In this document: positions 1-7,992 of the stretch, piece after piece
Layout of the letters: each line of letters opens with the position of its first letter
Position numbering within the stretch: the first letter of the stretch is position 1
Virus record (IMG/VR): IMGVR_UViG_2675903538_000004
Origin: a virus
Lineage: Duplodnaviria; Heunggongvirae; Uroviricota; Caudoviricetes
DNA length: 64,000 nt
Reading direction: 5' to 3' (one strand)
Program-made: the position numbers and the translations under genes
Notes under the pieces: model-generated
What the model saw: the letters and a program-made list of their open reading frames with translations, nothing else
Database searches by the model: none
Told to the model about the DNA's origin: nothing

Positions 1-501
1 TGCCGCCCTTACGATGTAATTAAATGCAACGTTGCGAGGGCGAGTTTCTGTACCTACATTTCCACTAATTTCACCATAACGTTTAACACTACGAGAGCTA
101 ATAGCTCGTAGTGAGGAAGGCACCTTATGACCGGGTTCGTCCGTTTTAACTATTCCCCCGTCACCGTATGTAGCTAGTATTCCTGGATTTACGCCTTCCC
201 GTGCACTTCCTGCGGCGAGTCCGTCCCCTGTCCATAATTCCATATAGTGTGCATGGTCAAAAATTGTGTGTGGCTGCCAATTAAGCAAAGCGCGGCCAGC
301 ATCCACCCCGCGCCCATCATCCCAACCGCGAATAAATTCTCCCCGTAAATCCGGTAATTTATTGGTGGGGTAGGCTTTTGCCAGTTTGGGATACATTTCA
401 GAAGAAAATGCTGCACCATTGCATTTCAGCCACCCCGTTGGCGGTGTGGCTGAGGGCCACGGAACAGGTACACCAACGGGCAGCGCCGAGCCTTCCCCCA
501 A
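1..501 (-). CDS. tail-fibre receptor-binding cassette 1 (3' end runs off window start)
   Basis: Hand translation of the minus strand from 501 gives GEGSALPVGVPVPWP..GWLKCNGAAFSSEMYPKLAKAYPTNKLPDLRGEFIRGWDDGRGVD...RPRNVAFNYIVRAA with no stop before position 1; same architecture as cassettes 2-6. Not in ORF track because the stop lies off-window. Confidence 0.55.
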   Translation of the reverse strand, partial: MGEGSALPVGVPVPWPSATPPTGWLKCNGAAFSSEMYPKLAKAYPTNKLPDLRGEFIRGWDDGRGVDAGRALLNWQPHTIFDHAHYMELWTGDGLAAGSAREGVNPGILATYGDGGIVKTDEPGHKVPSSLRAISSRSVKRYGEISGNVGTETRPRNVAFNYIVRAA

Positions 502-518
502 ACCAACGTTTTTATGCC
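493..518. other. invertase crossover site A (hix/cix-like, 26 bp, TTCCCCCAAACC-AA-CGTTTTTATGCC)
   Basis: Resembles Hin-family crossover sites (AAACC-AA-GGTTT core); contains stop codon of cassette 2 and TTG fusion codon of cassette 1. Confidence 0.6.
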
Positions 519-940
519 GCCCTTACGATATAATTAAACGCAATGTTACGAGGACGAATGGTTACATAATTAACCCCATCACCTCGTGAAGGCCCTGCAA
601 ATGAAAAACGGGAAAATCCTGGTTGGTTAGAAACAATTTGGTCATAGTTATTGATTGAATGACCAGACCCAATGTCGAAATTACCTCCGTAATGAGAAAA
701 ACTTGTACCATCCTGCCCTGAAAGCAGGGTACGTCCCGCATCAATCCCGCGCCCATCATCCCAGCCACGGATAAATTCACCGCGTAAATCCGGCAATTTA
801 TTGGTGGGGTAGGCTTTTGCCAGTTTGGGATACATTTCAGAAGAAAATGCTGCACCATTGCATTTTAGCCAGCCAGTTGGTGGTGTTTCTAAGGGCCACG
901 GAACGGGCACACCAACAGGCAGTGCAGAGCCTTCCCCCAA
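512..940 (-). CDS. tail-fibre receptor-binding cassette 2
   Basis: ORF track 142 aa; conserved N-terminal LPVGVPVPWP..GWLKCNGAAFSS..LPDLRGEFIRGWDDGRGID and C-terminal RPRNIAFNYIVRAA (P2 H / Mu S-type tail-fibre C terminus), variable middle; TTG start inside crossover site. Confidence 0.7.
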   Translation of the reverse strand: MGEGSALPVGVPVPWPLETPPTGWLKCNGAAFSSEMYPKLAKAYPTNKLPDLRGEFIRGWDDGRGIDAGRTLLSGQDGTSFSHYGGNFDIGSGHSINNYDQIVSNQPGFSRFSFAGPSRGDGVNYVTIRPRNIAFNYIVRAA

Positions 941-957
941 ACCAACGTTTTTATGTG
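932..957. other. invertase crossover site B
   Basis: TTCCCCCAAACCAACGTTTTTATGTG; same orientation as the other sites. Confidence 0.6.
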
Positions 958-1454
958 GCCCTTACAATGTAATTAAAAGCAACGTTGCGGGGGCGCATTG
1001 ATATCCATGCCCCGGTAAAATTATCCTCTGCCGTCCTTTGAGTGCCTGTTATGGAGTTATCTGATGATGCTGGAACATAATCGCTATTATTTCCTGCTTT
1101 AGGATTAGCAGGGTTTCCAACAGTTATAACAGAATCAGCAGTAGCATAAGCGATACCTACTTTGACATTAGTATTCAGATCGTAACCGTAATAATCCTGC
1201 AAAGCTGTACGAATAAATGTTGCAGTCTGACCACTTAGCAATGAACGCCCTGTATCAATCCCTCTCGAATCATCCCAACCACGGATAAACTCACCGCGTA
1301 AATCAGGTAATTTTAACGTTGGGTAAACCTTTGCCAGATTTGGGTACTTTTCAGAAGAAAATGCTGCTCCGTTACATTTCAGCCACCCCGTTGGCGGTGT
1401 GGCTGAGGGCCACGGAACGGGCACACCAACAGGCAGTGCAGAGCCTTCCCCCAA
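951..1454 (-). CDS. tail-fibre receptor-binding cassette 3
   Basis: ORF track 167 aa; same conserved ends, distinct variable core. Confidence 0.7.
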   Translation of the reverse strand: MGEGSALPVGVPVPWPSATPPTGWLKCNGAAFSSEKYPNLAKVYPTLKLPDLRGEFIRGWDDSRGIDTGRSLLSGQTATFIRTALQDYYGYDLNTNVKVGIAYATADSVITVGNPANPKAGNNSDYVPASSDNSITGTQRTAEDNFTGAWISMRPRNVAFNYIVRAT

Positions 1455-1471
1455 ACCAACGTTTTTATGCC
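1446..1471. other. invertase crossover site C
   Basis: TTCCCCCAAACCAACGTTTTTATGCC. Confidence 0.6.
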
Positions 1472-1932
1472 GCCCTTACGATATAATTAAACGCAATATT
1501 ACGGGGGCGGGTTTCAGATGCTGTACGAACTGAGCGAGAGGCGTCGAATGTCCAGTTATAAGCGCCATAACCCTCAATAATTTCCGTTTCCTTTAGGCCT
1601 GTAGATAATACTTGACCATGTTGACTAAATGGCCCTGAACTAAGTACATCTCTAAAAAGCTGAGTACGCCCGAAAGAACCAACAATATTCTGAATTGCAT
1701 CATTCTGTGCAGATAATAAATTACGGCCAGAGTCAATCCCCCGCCCGTCATCCCAGCCGCGAATAAATTCGCCCCGTAGATCCGGCAATTTATTAGTGGG
1801 GTAAACCTTTGCCAGATTTGGGTACTTTTCAGAAGAAAATGCTGCTCCGTTACATTTTAGCCAGCCCGTTGGTGGTGTTTCTAAGGGCCACGGAACGGGC
1901 ACACCAACAGGCAGTGCAGAGCCTTCCCCCAA
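1465..1932 (-). CDS. tail-fibre receptor-binding cassette 4
   Basis: ORF track 155 aa; same conserved ends, distinct variable core. Confidence 0.7.
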   Translation of the reverse strand: MGEGSALPVGVPVPWPLETPPTGWLKCNGAAFSSEKYPNLAKVYPTNKLPDLRGEFIRGWDDGRGIDSGRNLLSAQNDAIQNIVGSFGRTQLFRDVLSSGPFSQHGQVLSTGLKETEIIEGYGAYNWTFDASRSVRTASETRPRNIAFNYIVRAA

Positions 1933-1949
1933 ACCAACGTTTTTATGCC
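1924..1949. other. invertase crossover site D
   Basis: TTCCCCCAAACCAACGTTTTTATGCC. Confidence 0.6.
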
Positions 1950-2404
1950 GCCCTTACGATATAATTAAAGGCAATATTACGAGGACGGTTTTCATTAGCT
2001 GTTGGCACGACACGAGAGGCGTCGAATCCAAGGTCATCGGTTTTGCCTATATCAGTTGTGTTATTCGGAATTCTCGCAGATCGTGTTCCTGCATCATAAA
2101 AAGCCCCTCTGATTGCATCAAAAGACATGCCAATCCCGCCATCTGCGAACCCCTCAATATTTCTTATTGCATCCCCCTGTGAAGATAATAATTGCCGCCC
2201 GGCATCCACACCACGTCCGTCATCCCAGCCACGGATAAATTCACCGCGTAAATCCGGTAATTTATTGGTGGGGTAGGCTTTTGCCAGTTTGGGATACATT
2301 TCAGAAGAAAATGCTGCACCATTGCATTTTAGCCAGCCAGTTGGTGGTGTTTCTAAGGGCCACGGAACGGGCACACCAACAGGCAGTGCAGAGCCTTCCC
2401 CCAA
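1943..2404 (-). CDS. tail-fibre receptor-binding cassette 5
   Basis: ORF track 153 aa; same conserved ends, distinct variable core. Confidence 0.7.
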   Translation of the reverse strand: MGEGSALPVGVPVPWPLETPPTGWLKCNGAAFSSEMYPKLAKAYPTNKLPDLRGEFIRGWDDGRGVDAGRQLLSSQGDAIRNIEGFADGGIGMSFDAIRGAFYDAGTRSARIPNNTTDIGKTDDLGFDASRVVPTANENRPRNIAFNYIVRAA

Positions 2405-2421
2405 ACCAACGTTTTCATGCT
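2396..2421. other. invertase crossover site E
   Basis: TTCCCCCAAACCAACGTTTTCATGCT. Confidence 0.55.
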
Positions 2422-2921
2422 GCCCTTACGATGTAATTAAACGCAATGTTGCGTGGGCGGTTTTCGTTTGCAGTTGGAACAATTTTTGAAGCATCAAGGC
2501 CAATCACTTTTGGGTAAACAGCGCCGTCTGTCCTTTCTGTCACCATACTTCTGACTAAGGAAAAATAACTATTGTTTGTTGAGGGAGTTAAAGGCACCAC
2601 AGCCCCCTTAAACGAGCCTACTGATTCCCATATTGAATAATTTTCAGTATTTACAGTCTTGAACTCACCATAGATATTACGTATGGCATCACCTTGAGCG
2701 GATAATATTGTTCTCCCCGCATCCACACCACGTCCGTCATCCCAGCCGCGAATAAACTCACCGCGTAAATCCGGCAATTTATTAGTGGGGTAAACCTTTG
2801 CCAGATTTGGGTACTTTTCAGAAGAAAATGCTGCTCCGTTACATTTCAGCCACCCCGTTGGCGGAGTGGCTGAGGGCCACGGAACAGGTACACCAACAGG
2901 CAATGCAGAGCCTTCCCCCAA
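2415..2921 (-). CDS. tail-fibre receptor-binding cassette 6
   Basis: ORF track 168 aa; same conserved ends, distinct variable core. Confidence 0.7.
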   Translation of the reverse strand: MGEGSALPVGVPVPWPSATPPTGWLKCNGAAFSSEKYPNLAKVYPTNKLPDLRGEFIRGWDDGRGVDAGRTILSAQGDAIRNIYGEFKTVNTENYSIWESVGSFKGAVVPLTPSTNNSYFSLVRSMVTERTDGAVYPKVIGLDASKIVPTANENRPRNIAFNYIVRAA

Positions 2922-2938
2922 ACCAACGTTTTAGTCTT
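2913..2938. other. invertase crossover site F (outermost, right half degenerate)
   Basis: TTCCCCCAAACCAACGTTTTAGTCTT; left half and AA core conserved, right half diverged; lies 55 bp from the invertase start. Confidence 0.5.
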
Positions 2939-2992
2939 AATCCCTACCTATACCAACGATGTATTTTTAACTAAACAAAGAGGTTGTTTTTC

Positions 2993-3565
2993 ATGCAAAT
3001 TGGCTACATTCGTGTGTCAACAAATGACCAAAACACAGATTTACAAAGAAATGCACTGAACTGCGCAGGATGTGAACTGATTTTTGAAGATAAAATAAGC
3101 GGAACAAAGTCAGCCAGACCAGGCTTGAAAAAGCTGCTCAGAACCTTATCAGAAGGAGATACGCTGGTTGTCTGGAAGCTGGATAGGCTTGGCAGAAGTA
3201 TGAAACACCTTATCACGCTTATAGAGGAGTTGCGGGAAAAAGGTGTTAATTTCCGTAGTCTGACAGACAGTATTGACACATCAACACCCATGGGGCGTTT
3301 CTTTTTTCATGTCATGGGTGCTTTAGCAGAAATGGAACGTGAATTAATTGTTGAGAGAACACTGGCCGGACTGGCAGCTGCACGCGAACAGGGACGCATT
3401 GGCGGACGTCGCCCGAAGTTGACAAAAGAACAACATGAGCAAATAGCGAGGTTGATCGAAAATGGCTACAGCAGGAAACAGTTGGCAATTATTTACGATA
3501 TCGGTGTATCGACGATTTATCGTTATCATCCTGTAGAGAAGCGCCAAACTCAATCTGAGCTGTAA
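2993..3565 (+). CDS. cin: serine DNA invertase (Cin/Min/Hin/Gin family)
   Basis: MQIGYIRVSTNDQNTDLQ..VVWKLDRLGRSMKHL..GRFFFHVMGALAEMEREL..GRIGGRRPKLT: resolvase catalytic domain plus C-terminal HTH; ATG at 2993 preceded by AAAGAGG (track start 2984 is TTG). Confidence 0.95.
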   Translation: MQIGYIRVSTNDQNTDLQRNALNCAGCELIFEDKISGTKSARPGLKKLLRTLSEGDTLVVWKLDRLGRSMKHLITLIEELREKGVNFRSLTDSIDTSTPMGRFFFHVMGALAEMERELIVERTLAGLAAAREQGRIGGRRPKLTKEQHEQIARLIENGYSRKQLAIIYDIGVSTIYRYHPVEKRQTQSEL

Positions 3566-4000
3566 TTCAAATGCCGCGTCGGTGTAATTTATCTTGATAG
3601 AATAGGTACATTTATCGCGCGGCACATCAATTCGATGTATCTAGCGCCTGCTGGCCGCTAATGAAAACTGTTCTCGAAATGTTGTCCCTAGTCCGAGACT
3701 AGGGTATCACCTCTGGAAAGCATACGCAGAACCTTTTTTAACCCAGGGTGTCCAGCTTTTTTGCTGCTCGCCTTATTCGCAAAAATTAGCTCACATCCTG
3801 CGCTTTCAAGTGCTTTTCACTGCATAGCTGTGTTTTGTTCATTTGTCTATATGCGTACATAGCCTATTAGCATATTTTCTGCCCACTATCGTTATTTATT
3901 GCAAGCTACAGGTTTTAATTAACAAAACCAGTGTGTGTGGAAATCACAAAGTGCATACCGTTCTCAAATGTTGTTCAACTTACTGTTGTATAGGTAAAAA

Positions 4001-4264
4001 ATGACATTTTATGTACATATCGTGATGTTATCCCTTCTTGGTGGGGTGTATTCGTATTTGAGTGGGCTATGTGAAAACCGTTACGAGTCTTCATGCAAGA
4101 AATTGCTGGCCGAATGTATTTCCGCCGTACTTGCTGGCTTTATTGGCATGTATCTCGCGGAATATAAGGACATGAATGAAAGCCTTCAGAGCTGCATGGT
4201 TCTTATTTTCAGCGCCAATAGCAGGCTTATTATTGAAGGTTCCAAAAGTCGGTTGAATAGGTAA
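4001..4264 (+). CDS. small hydrophobic protein, holin-like
   Basis: 87 aa with two hydrophobic segments, upstream of lydA; identity uncertain. Confidence 0.4.
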   Translation: MTFYVHIVMLSLLGGVYSYLSGLCENRYESSCKKLLAECISAVLAGFIGMYLAEYKDMNESLQSCMVLIFSANSRLIIEGSKSRLNR

Positions 4265-4338
4265 GTCTCTTATGCAACATAACCGGTTGAGAAGTTACTT
4301 TGCATACCATTACCTCCTGACAACGTAGGAGGGAACTT

Positions 4339-4668
4339 GTGCTTGACACACAGGAATTAGCTCCAGTTGCTATTGCGCTCCTGCTTTCAGTAATTGGTGG
4401 GATAGGCACGTTCCTGATGGATGTCCGAGACGGTCGCCAGTCTGGCAATTTGTTGGGATTGGTTACGGAGATCTTTGTTGCAGTGACAGCTGGCGCGGTG
4501 GCGTACCTATTGGGGCAACACGAGGGCTGGGAGTTATCAATTACGTACTTAATGGTAACGATAGCCAGCAATAACGGTCATGAGGTGATTTCAGGGATGA
4601 AACGAGTGAATATCGATAGCATTCTGAATGTTCTTACAAGTTTGGTGAAAAAGGGAGGCGGGAAATGA
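4339..4668 (+). CDS. lydA: holin (LydA-like)
   Basis: 109 aa, two TM segments; GTG start after AGGAGGG; position upstream of darA matches P1 (from memory). Confidence 0.65.
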   Translation: MLDTQELAPVAIALLLSVIGGIGTFLMDVRDGRQSGNLLGLVTEIFVAVTAGAVAYLLGQHEGWELSITYLMVTIASNNGHEVISGMKRVNIDSILNVLTSLVKKGGGK

Positions 4669-5108
4669 TTGGCTGGGGTGTATGCGTTCTTGCGTTAGCC
4701 TTAGCCGATCGCTATTTGCTAAAACGCAAGGACATCACGCATTTAGAACTTGGTGATGTGGAAATTAAACCGGGTTTCATCCGGGTGCCGTTCAAATACC
4801 GGTCTAAATTCCCGTTTTTGCGCGGCGCAACGGTCAGATATTGGATCCGCGATGTTCAGAAGCCGACGACAGTGATTGAAGGCGAACAACGTTGTTTGAC
4901 GTCGGCTGAACAGGGCGAAAACAGTGAATGGTTGTACATACCCACTGAATATATGGGTAAAGGAGAGCGACTGTGGCATTTCAACGTCATGGTTACGCAT
5001 GGCGACTCGTTCATTAACCCGTTGTATCGGATTTTCCCTGTTACTCAGCAAATCCGCAGAAGTTACGTAATAAATCTCGCACAGGATGTGTCAGATGACG
5101 AAAAATAA
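4665..5108 (+). CDS. lydB: holin antagonist (LydB-like)
   Basis: 147 aa, start overlaps lydA stop; size and position match P1 LydB (from memory). Confidence 0.55.
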   Translation: MIGWGVCVLALALADRYLLKRKDITHLELGDVEIKPGFIRVPFKYRSKFPFLRGATVRYWIRDVQKPTTVIEGEQRCLTSAEQGENSEWLYIPTEYMGKGERLWHFNVMVTHGDSFINPLYRIFPVTQQIRRSYVINLAQDVSDDEK

Positions 5109-5697
5109 GTATGCAACGGTCGATTTTGACCAGGTTAATGAAAAGGGGCTGAAATCCCTTATCGCGGCGATCAATAAAACCGGTGTTACGGTAATTGAGG
5201 TTGACTCCAGCAACCGCGCAACAACGAAAGATGGCGTTAAAGTTAAAACCGCAAAGCTGGTTCTTAACGACGGACAAATTCTTGCCATACAGGTAAACGA
5301 TACTGGCGATATATCGTCTGTGAGGCTGAATGGAAAAGCTATTCCTAACGCTCAGTCGCCGGATATCAAGACGCTTGGTACCGTCATGGGGCAAGCGGCC
5401 CGCAAAAACTCCGCAAAATTCCAGAAATCACTGATCGCCAAAGCGAAACGTGTTGCCAATCCGGTAGACAAGAAACCGGCAGTAAAATCCAACTTTCAGC
5501 GCCTGCAAGAGGCAAAACAGCGGAATGCTCAGGTGGTTGCCGCTTATAAATCAGCGCAGAACTCGGTGTCTTTCAATCAACAGCAGATCACTGATTTGCG
5601 GGCGAAGCTGGATAAGGAGACAGGCCGACTCAATAACGAAAAGGCCCGAAATGGCGAACTCAAACGCCGTCTTAAGCAACTGAAAGCAGGAAATTAA
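5086..5697 (+). CDS. hdf: Hdf-like protein (shares a motif with DarA)
   Basis: 203 aa; shares AxKNSAKFQ motif with the downstream 639-aa protein; basic coiled-coil C terminus. Confidence 0.55.
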   Translation: MCQMTKNKYATVDFDQVNEKGLKSLIAAINKTGVTVIEVDSSNRATTKDGVKVKTAKLVLNDGQILAIQVNDTGDISSVRLNGKAIPNAQSPDIKTLGTVMGQAARKNSAKFQKSLIAKAKRVANPVDKKPAVKSNFQRLQEAKQRNAQVVAAYKSAQNSVSFNQQQITDLRAKLDKETGRLNNEKARNGELKRRLKQLKAGN

Positions 5698-5698
5698 C

Positions 5699-7618
5699 AT
5701 GGAACAGTTCAATATCAATAAAGGGGTGACGATCAAGCCTGGGCTTGACGTGCTTCCCCCGCCAGTGACTGATGATGAATATCGCGCATTAATGGCCGGT
5801 GAGGACCGCTATCTGATGACGGAATCCAACACCCTGGAGGAAATCGAGGCTACGTTCTTCTATGACACGCCGATCCACTGGTGTGCTACGGATTTACTGG
5901 AGGCGATTAGTTCTACTCGTTTGCAGTTACACCGGACCATGCAGGCATTTGTCCGGGCATTGAACCAGAAGCTGAATGGTACCGGAATCTCTGCGGGGAG
6001 TGATAAAACGGGGGATGTGGCCCAGAGCGGCGCGCGCGCGATCGGCGGCGCTGAAATTGGCCGGGCACGTAACGTTAACGGGCTGCCGGTCTTGCCAGCC
6101 ATTATTCCGCTCAGTGATGGTCAGACTATCAGCATTCTGTTTCATAGCCCGACAGCGGAAAACCGGATCACCAATAGCGATACGCTGGTTGCTTTCCAGT
6201 TCTTACTGAATAAAAAAGACGTTACTCACACCGTTGCTCCGATGAGTGGACGTGATATGACGCTGGCGCAGGTCACCATGAAACTTGCCAACCTTGCAGA
6301 GAAAAACTCGGCAAAATTCCAGCGTGCGCAGAAGAAGAAAAAAGCCCTTGTTGATGAAATAACCCAACTACAGGCTGACAGTGACCAGAAAGAGGATGCC
6401 ATGAGCGACCTCGCGGATCAGGTGGCAGCGGTAGAAGGGCAGAAGGCAGATCTGGAGCAGAAAATTAACGCTGTTGCATCGGAAGCGGATTCTCTTTATG
6501 AAGAGAATGAGCGTTTGCAGACGGAGATTGATCAGCTCAATCGCACTGGTGGGCGCGATACCATTGCTCCAGCGGGGATGACTGGTGGGCACTCTCGCGC
6601 GCTGACGGATCGCCTTGCCAGTATCAAAAATCGTATGCATATGGACGGGGAAGTGACGCTCAGTAATGGTGCATCAATGAAGCAATTCATTGGGGGCGGC
6701 GAAGGGTATATCCAGTTAACCGATCCGGATGGCAGCGTATACATGATCAAGGCTAAATCCATACAGGGTGTGGACATGGCAGATGCGATCGGCAAGCTGT
6801 TTAAAGCCTATAAAGCGGGTAATGTATCGGAATACCTGGTCCAACCAGAAGAACATAAACCGGAAAACGTCGAACCTGAACCAGCGGAGGATACCGGTAG
6901 CTCTTCGCCTGAACCAGAAGTCTCTGTAGGTGCATATCGATATGCCCTGCAAATGCGTCCGGCGGCCCCTGGCGCAATACCTGAAGGTAACAAAGCAATT
7001 CTGCCGCGCCCTGATGAAGGTGACCCGTATTATGAATATGCACGCTACGGCATTGCTACTTACGATACCCCGCTTTCTGATCAGCAAATGAGTGAGTACG
7101 ACCTGAAGTTATTGCCTCGCGAGGATTCTTTCGACTTCCTGGCGAAGACACTTACTAATGGTCCGTTTGGCAAATATTCACAAAAAGCTCTGGAGCTGGC
7201 CACCAGCTCACCAGACGAGTTCCGCGTAATGCTGAAAACTCAGTTTCAAAAAACTTTCCCCAATATTGCGTTTCCTGGGGGCGCTGGCACCGAGAAAATG
7301 GTGCAGAGCATGATCAATGCATTGCAGGCCGAAGTCGGTGAGATTCCTCAGCCAGAACCGGCCCCGGCACAGCCTGATGAAACGGTTAGCGAAGCAGATG
7401 CAGAGGCTAATAAAGCCATTGAATATCTCAATAACGTGATGGATATACAAAGCACTGACATGGCGGAGATCCGTAACGCCCGGGGCAATGTCCGGGAAGC
7501 GATTGCAGCCCTTCAGGCTGCCGGACGTTTTGAGGAAAACGAAGAGCTGGTTAACGGCGCAGCTCGCCACCTGGCTGATCTGTTGGTAGCAATCCAGAAA
7601 GCGGGGGTAGCGGCATGA
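5699..7618 (+). CDS. darA: DarA-like antirestriction / head-internal protein
   Basis: 639 aa, same length and operon context as P1 DarA (from memory); start 1 bp after hdf stop. Confidence 0.7.
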   Translation: MEQFNINKGVTIKPGLDVLPPPVTDDEYRALMAGEDRYLMTESNTLEEIEATFFYDTPIHWCATDLLEAISSTRLQLHRTMQAFVRALNQKLNGTGISAGSDKTGDVAQSGARAIGGAEIGRARNVNGLPVLPAIIPLSDGQTISILFHSPTAENRITNSDTLVAFQFLLNKKDVTHTVAPMSGRDMTLAQVTMKLANLAEKNSAKFQRAQKKKKALVDEITQLQADSDQKEDAMSDLADQVAAVEGQKADLEQKINAVASEADSLYEENERLQTEIDQLNRTGGRDTIAPAGMTGGHSRALTDRLASIKNRMHMDGEVTLSNGASMKQFIGGGEGYIQLTDPDGSVYMIKAKSIQGVDMADAIGKLFKAYKAGNVSEYLVQPEEHKPENVEPEPAEDTGSSSPEPEVSVGAYRYALQMRPAAPGAIPEGNKAILPRPDEGDPYYEYARYGIATYDTPLSDQQMSEYDLKLLPREDSFDFLAKTLTNGPFGKYSQKALELATSSPDEFRVMLKTQFQKTFPNIAFPGGAGTEKMVQSMINALQAEVGEIPQPEPAPAQPDETVSEADAEANKAIEYLNNVMDIQSTDMAEIRNARGNVREAIAALQAAGRFEENEELVNGAARHLADLLVAIQKAGVAA

Positions 7619-7980
7619 CACTATCAGCTATTGAGTTAATGGATCTCAGCGATAAGTTGGATGCTCTGATGTCCAAAGCGGCTACCGCGAGTGGCATGGA
7701 GTTGCTGGATATCAGCGATGAAATTGACCAGATCATGCAACAGATGGGGTACGGCGCGTCCGGCGGTGGTAGTGGCGAGGAAAAACAACCTTCGGAACAT
7801 GATGGTGTGCCAAAACTGGTTGCTGATTTCCTGGCTGATAAATTCGTCGATCAGAGCACCGATGCATTTATCGGTACCTTGCAGGATTTGAGTCAATATG
7901 TTGGCACATACATCGACCTGGACCAGGTTAAACAGCACACTGCGGCATGGATAGCCGCCAACATTAAAGAGGCAGCATAA
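7615..7980 (+). CDS. ddrA: DdrA-like acidic protein
   Basis: 121 aa, acidic, translationally coupled to darA. Confidence 0.55.
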   Translation: MTLSAIELMDLSDKLDALMSKAATASGMELLDISDEIDQIMQQMGYGASGGGSGEEKQPSEHDGVPKLVADFLADKFVDQSTDAFIGTLQDLSQYVGTYIDLDQVKQHTAAWIAANIKEAA

Positions 7981-7992
7981 GGCGTAACAGGG

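Noticed and set aside
386-589. Plus-strand ORFs 386-589 and 2289-2489 overlapping the cassette array
   Set aside because: They are antisense readings of the conserved cassette N-terminal region (near-identical artefact proteins in two cassettes) with no start context; the minus-strand cassettes explain the sequence.
189-858. Minus-strand ORFs 189-419 and 562-858 (MVQHFLLKCIPNWQKPTPP...)
   Set aside because: Alternative-frame readings of the conserved cassette segment; the in-frame cassette translation carries the conserved tail-fibre motifs.
1-2938. Possibility that the tandem repeats are a CRISPR array or simple tandem duplication
   Set aside because: Units are about 470-500 bp, protein-coding, with conserved ends and divergent cores; no short direct repeats with unique spacers.
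3566-4000. 435-bp gap between the invertase and the holin-like gene as a possible mobile-element remnant or att site
   Set aside because: Contains only a hairpin (CCCTAGTC-CGA-GACTAGGG at 3686-3704) and AT-rich promoter-like sequence; no inverted terminal repeats, transposase or integrase fragments.
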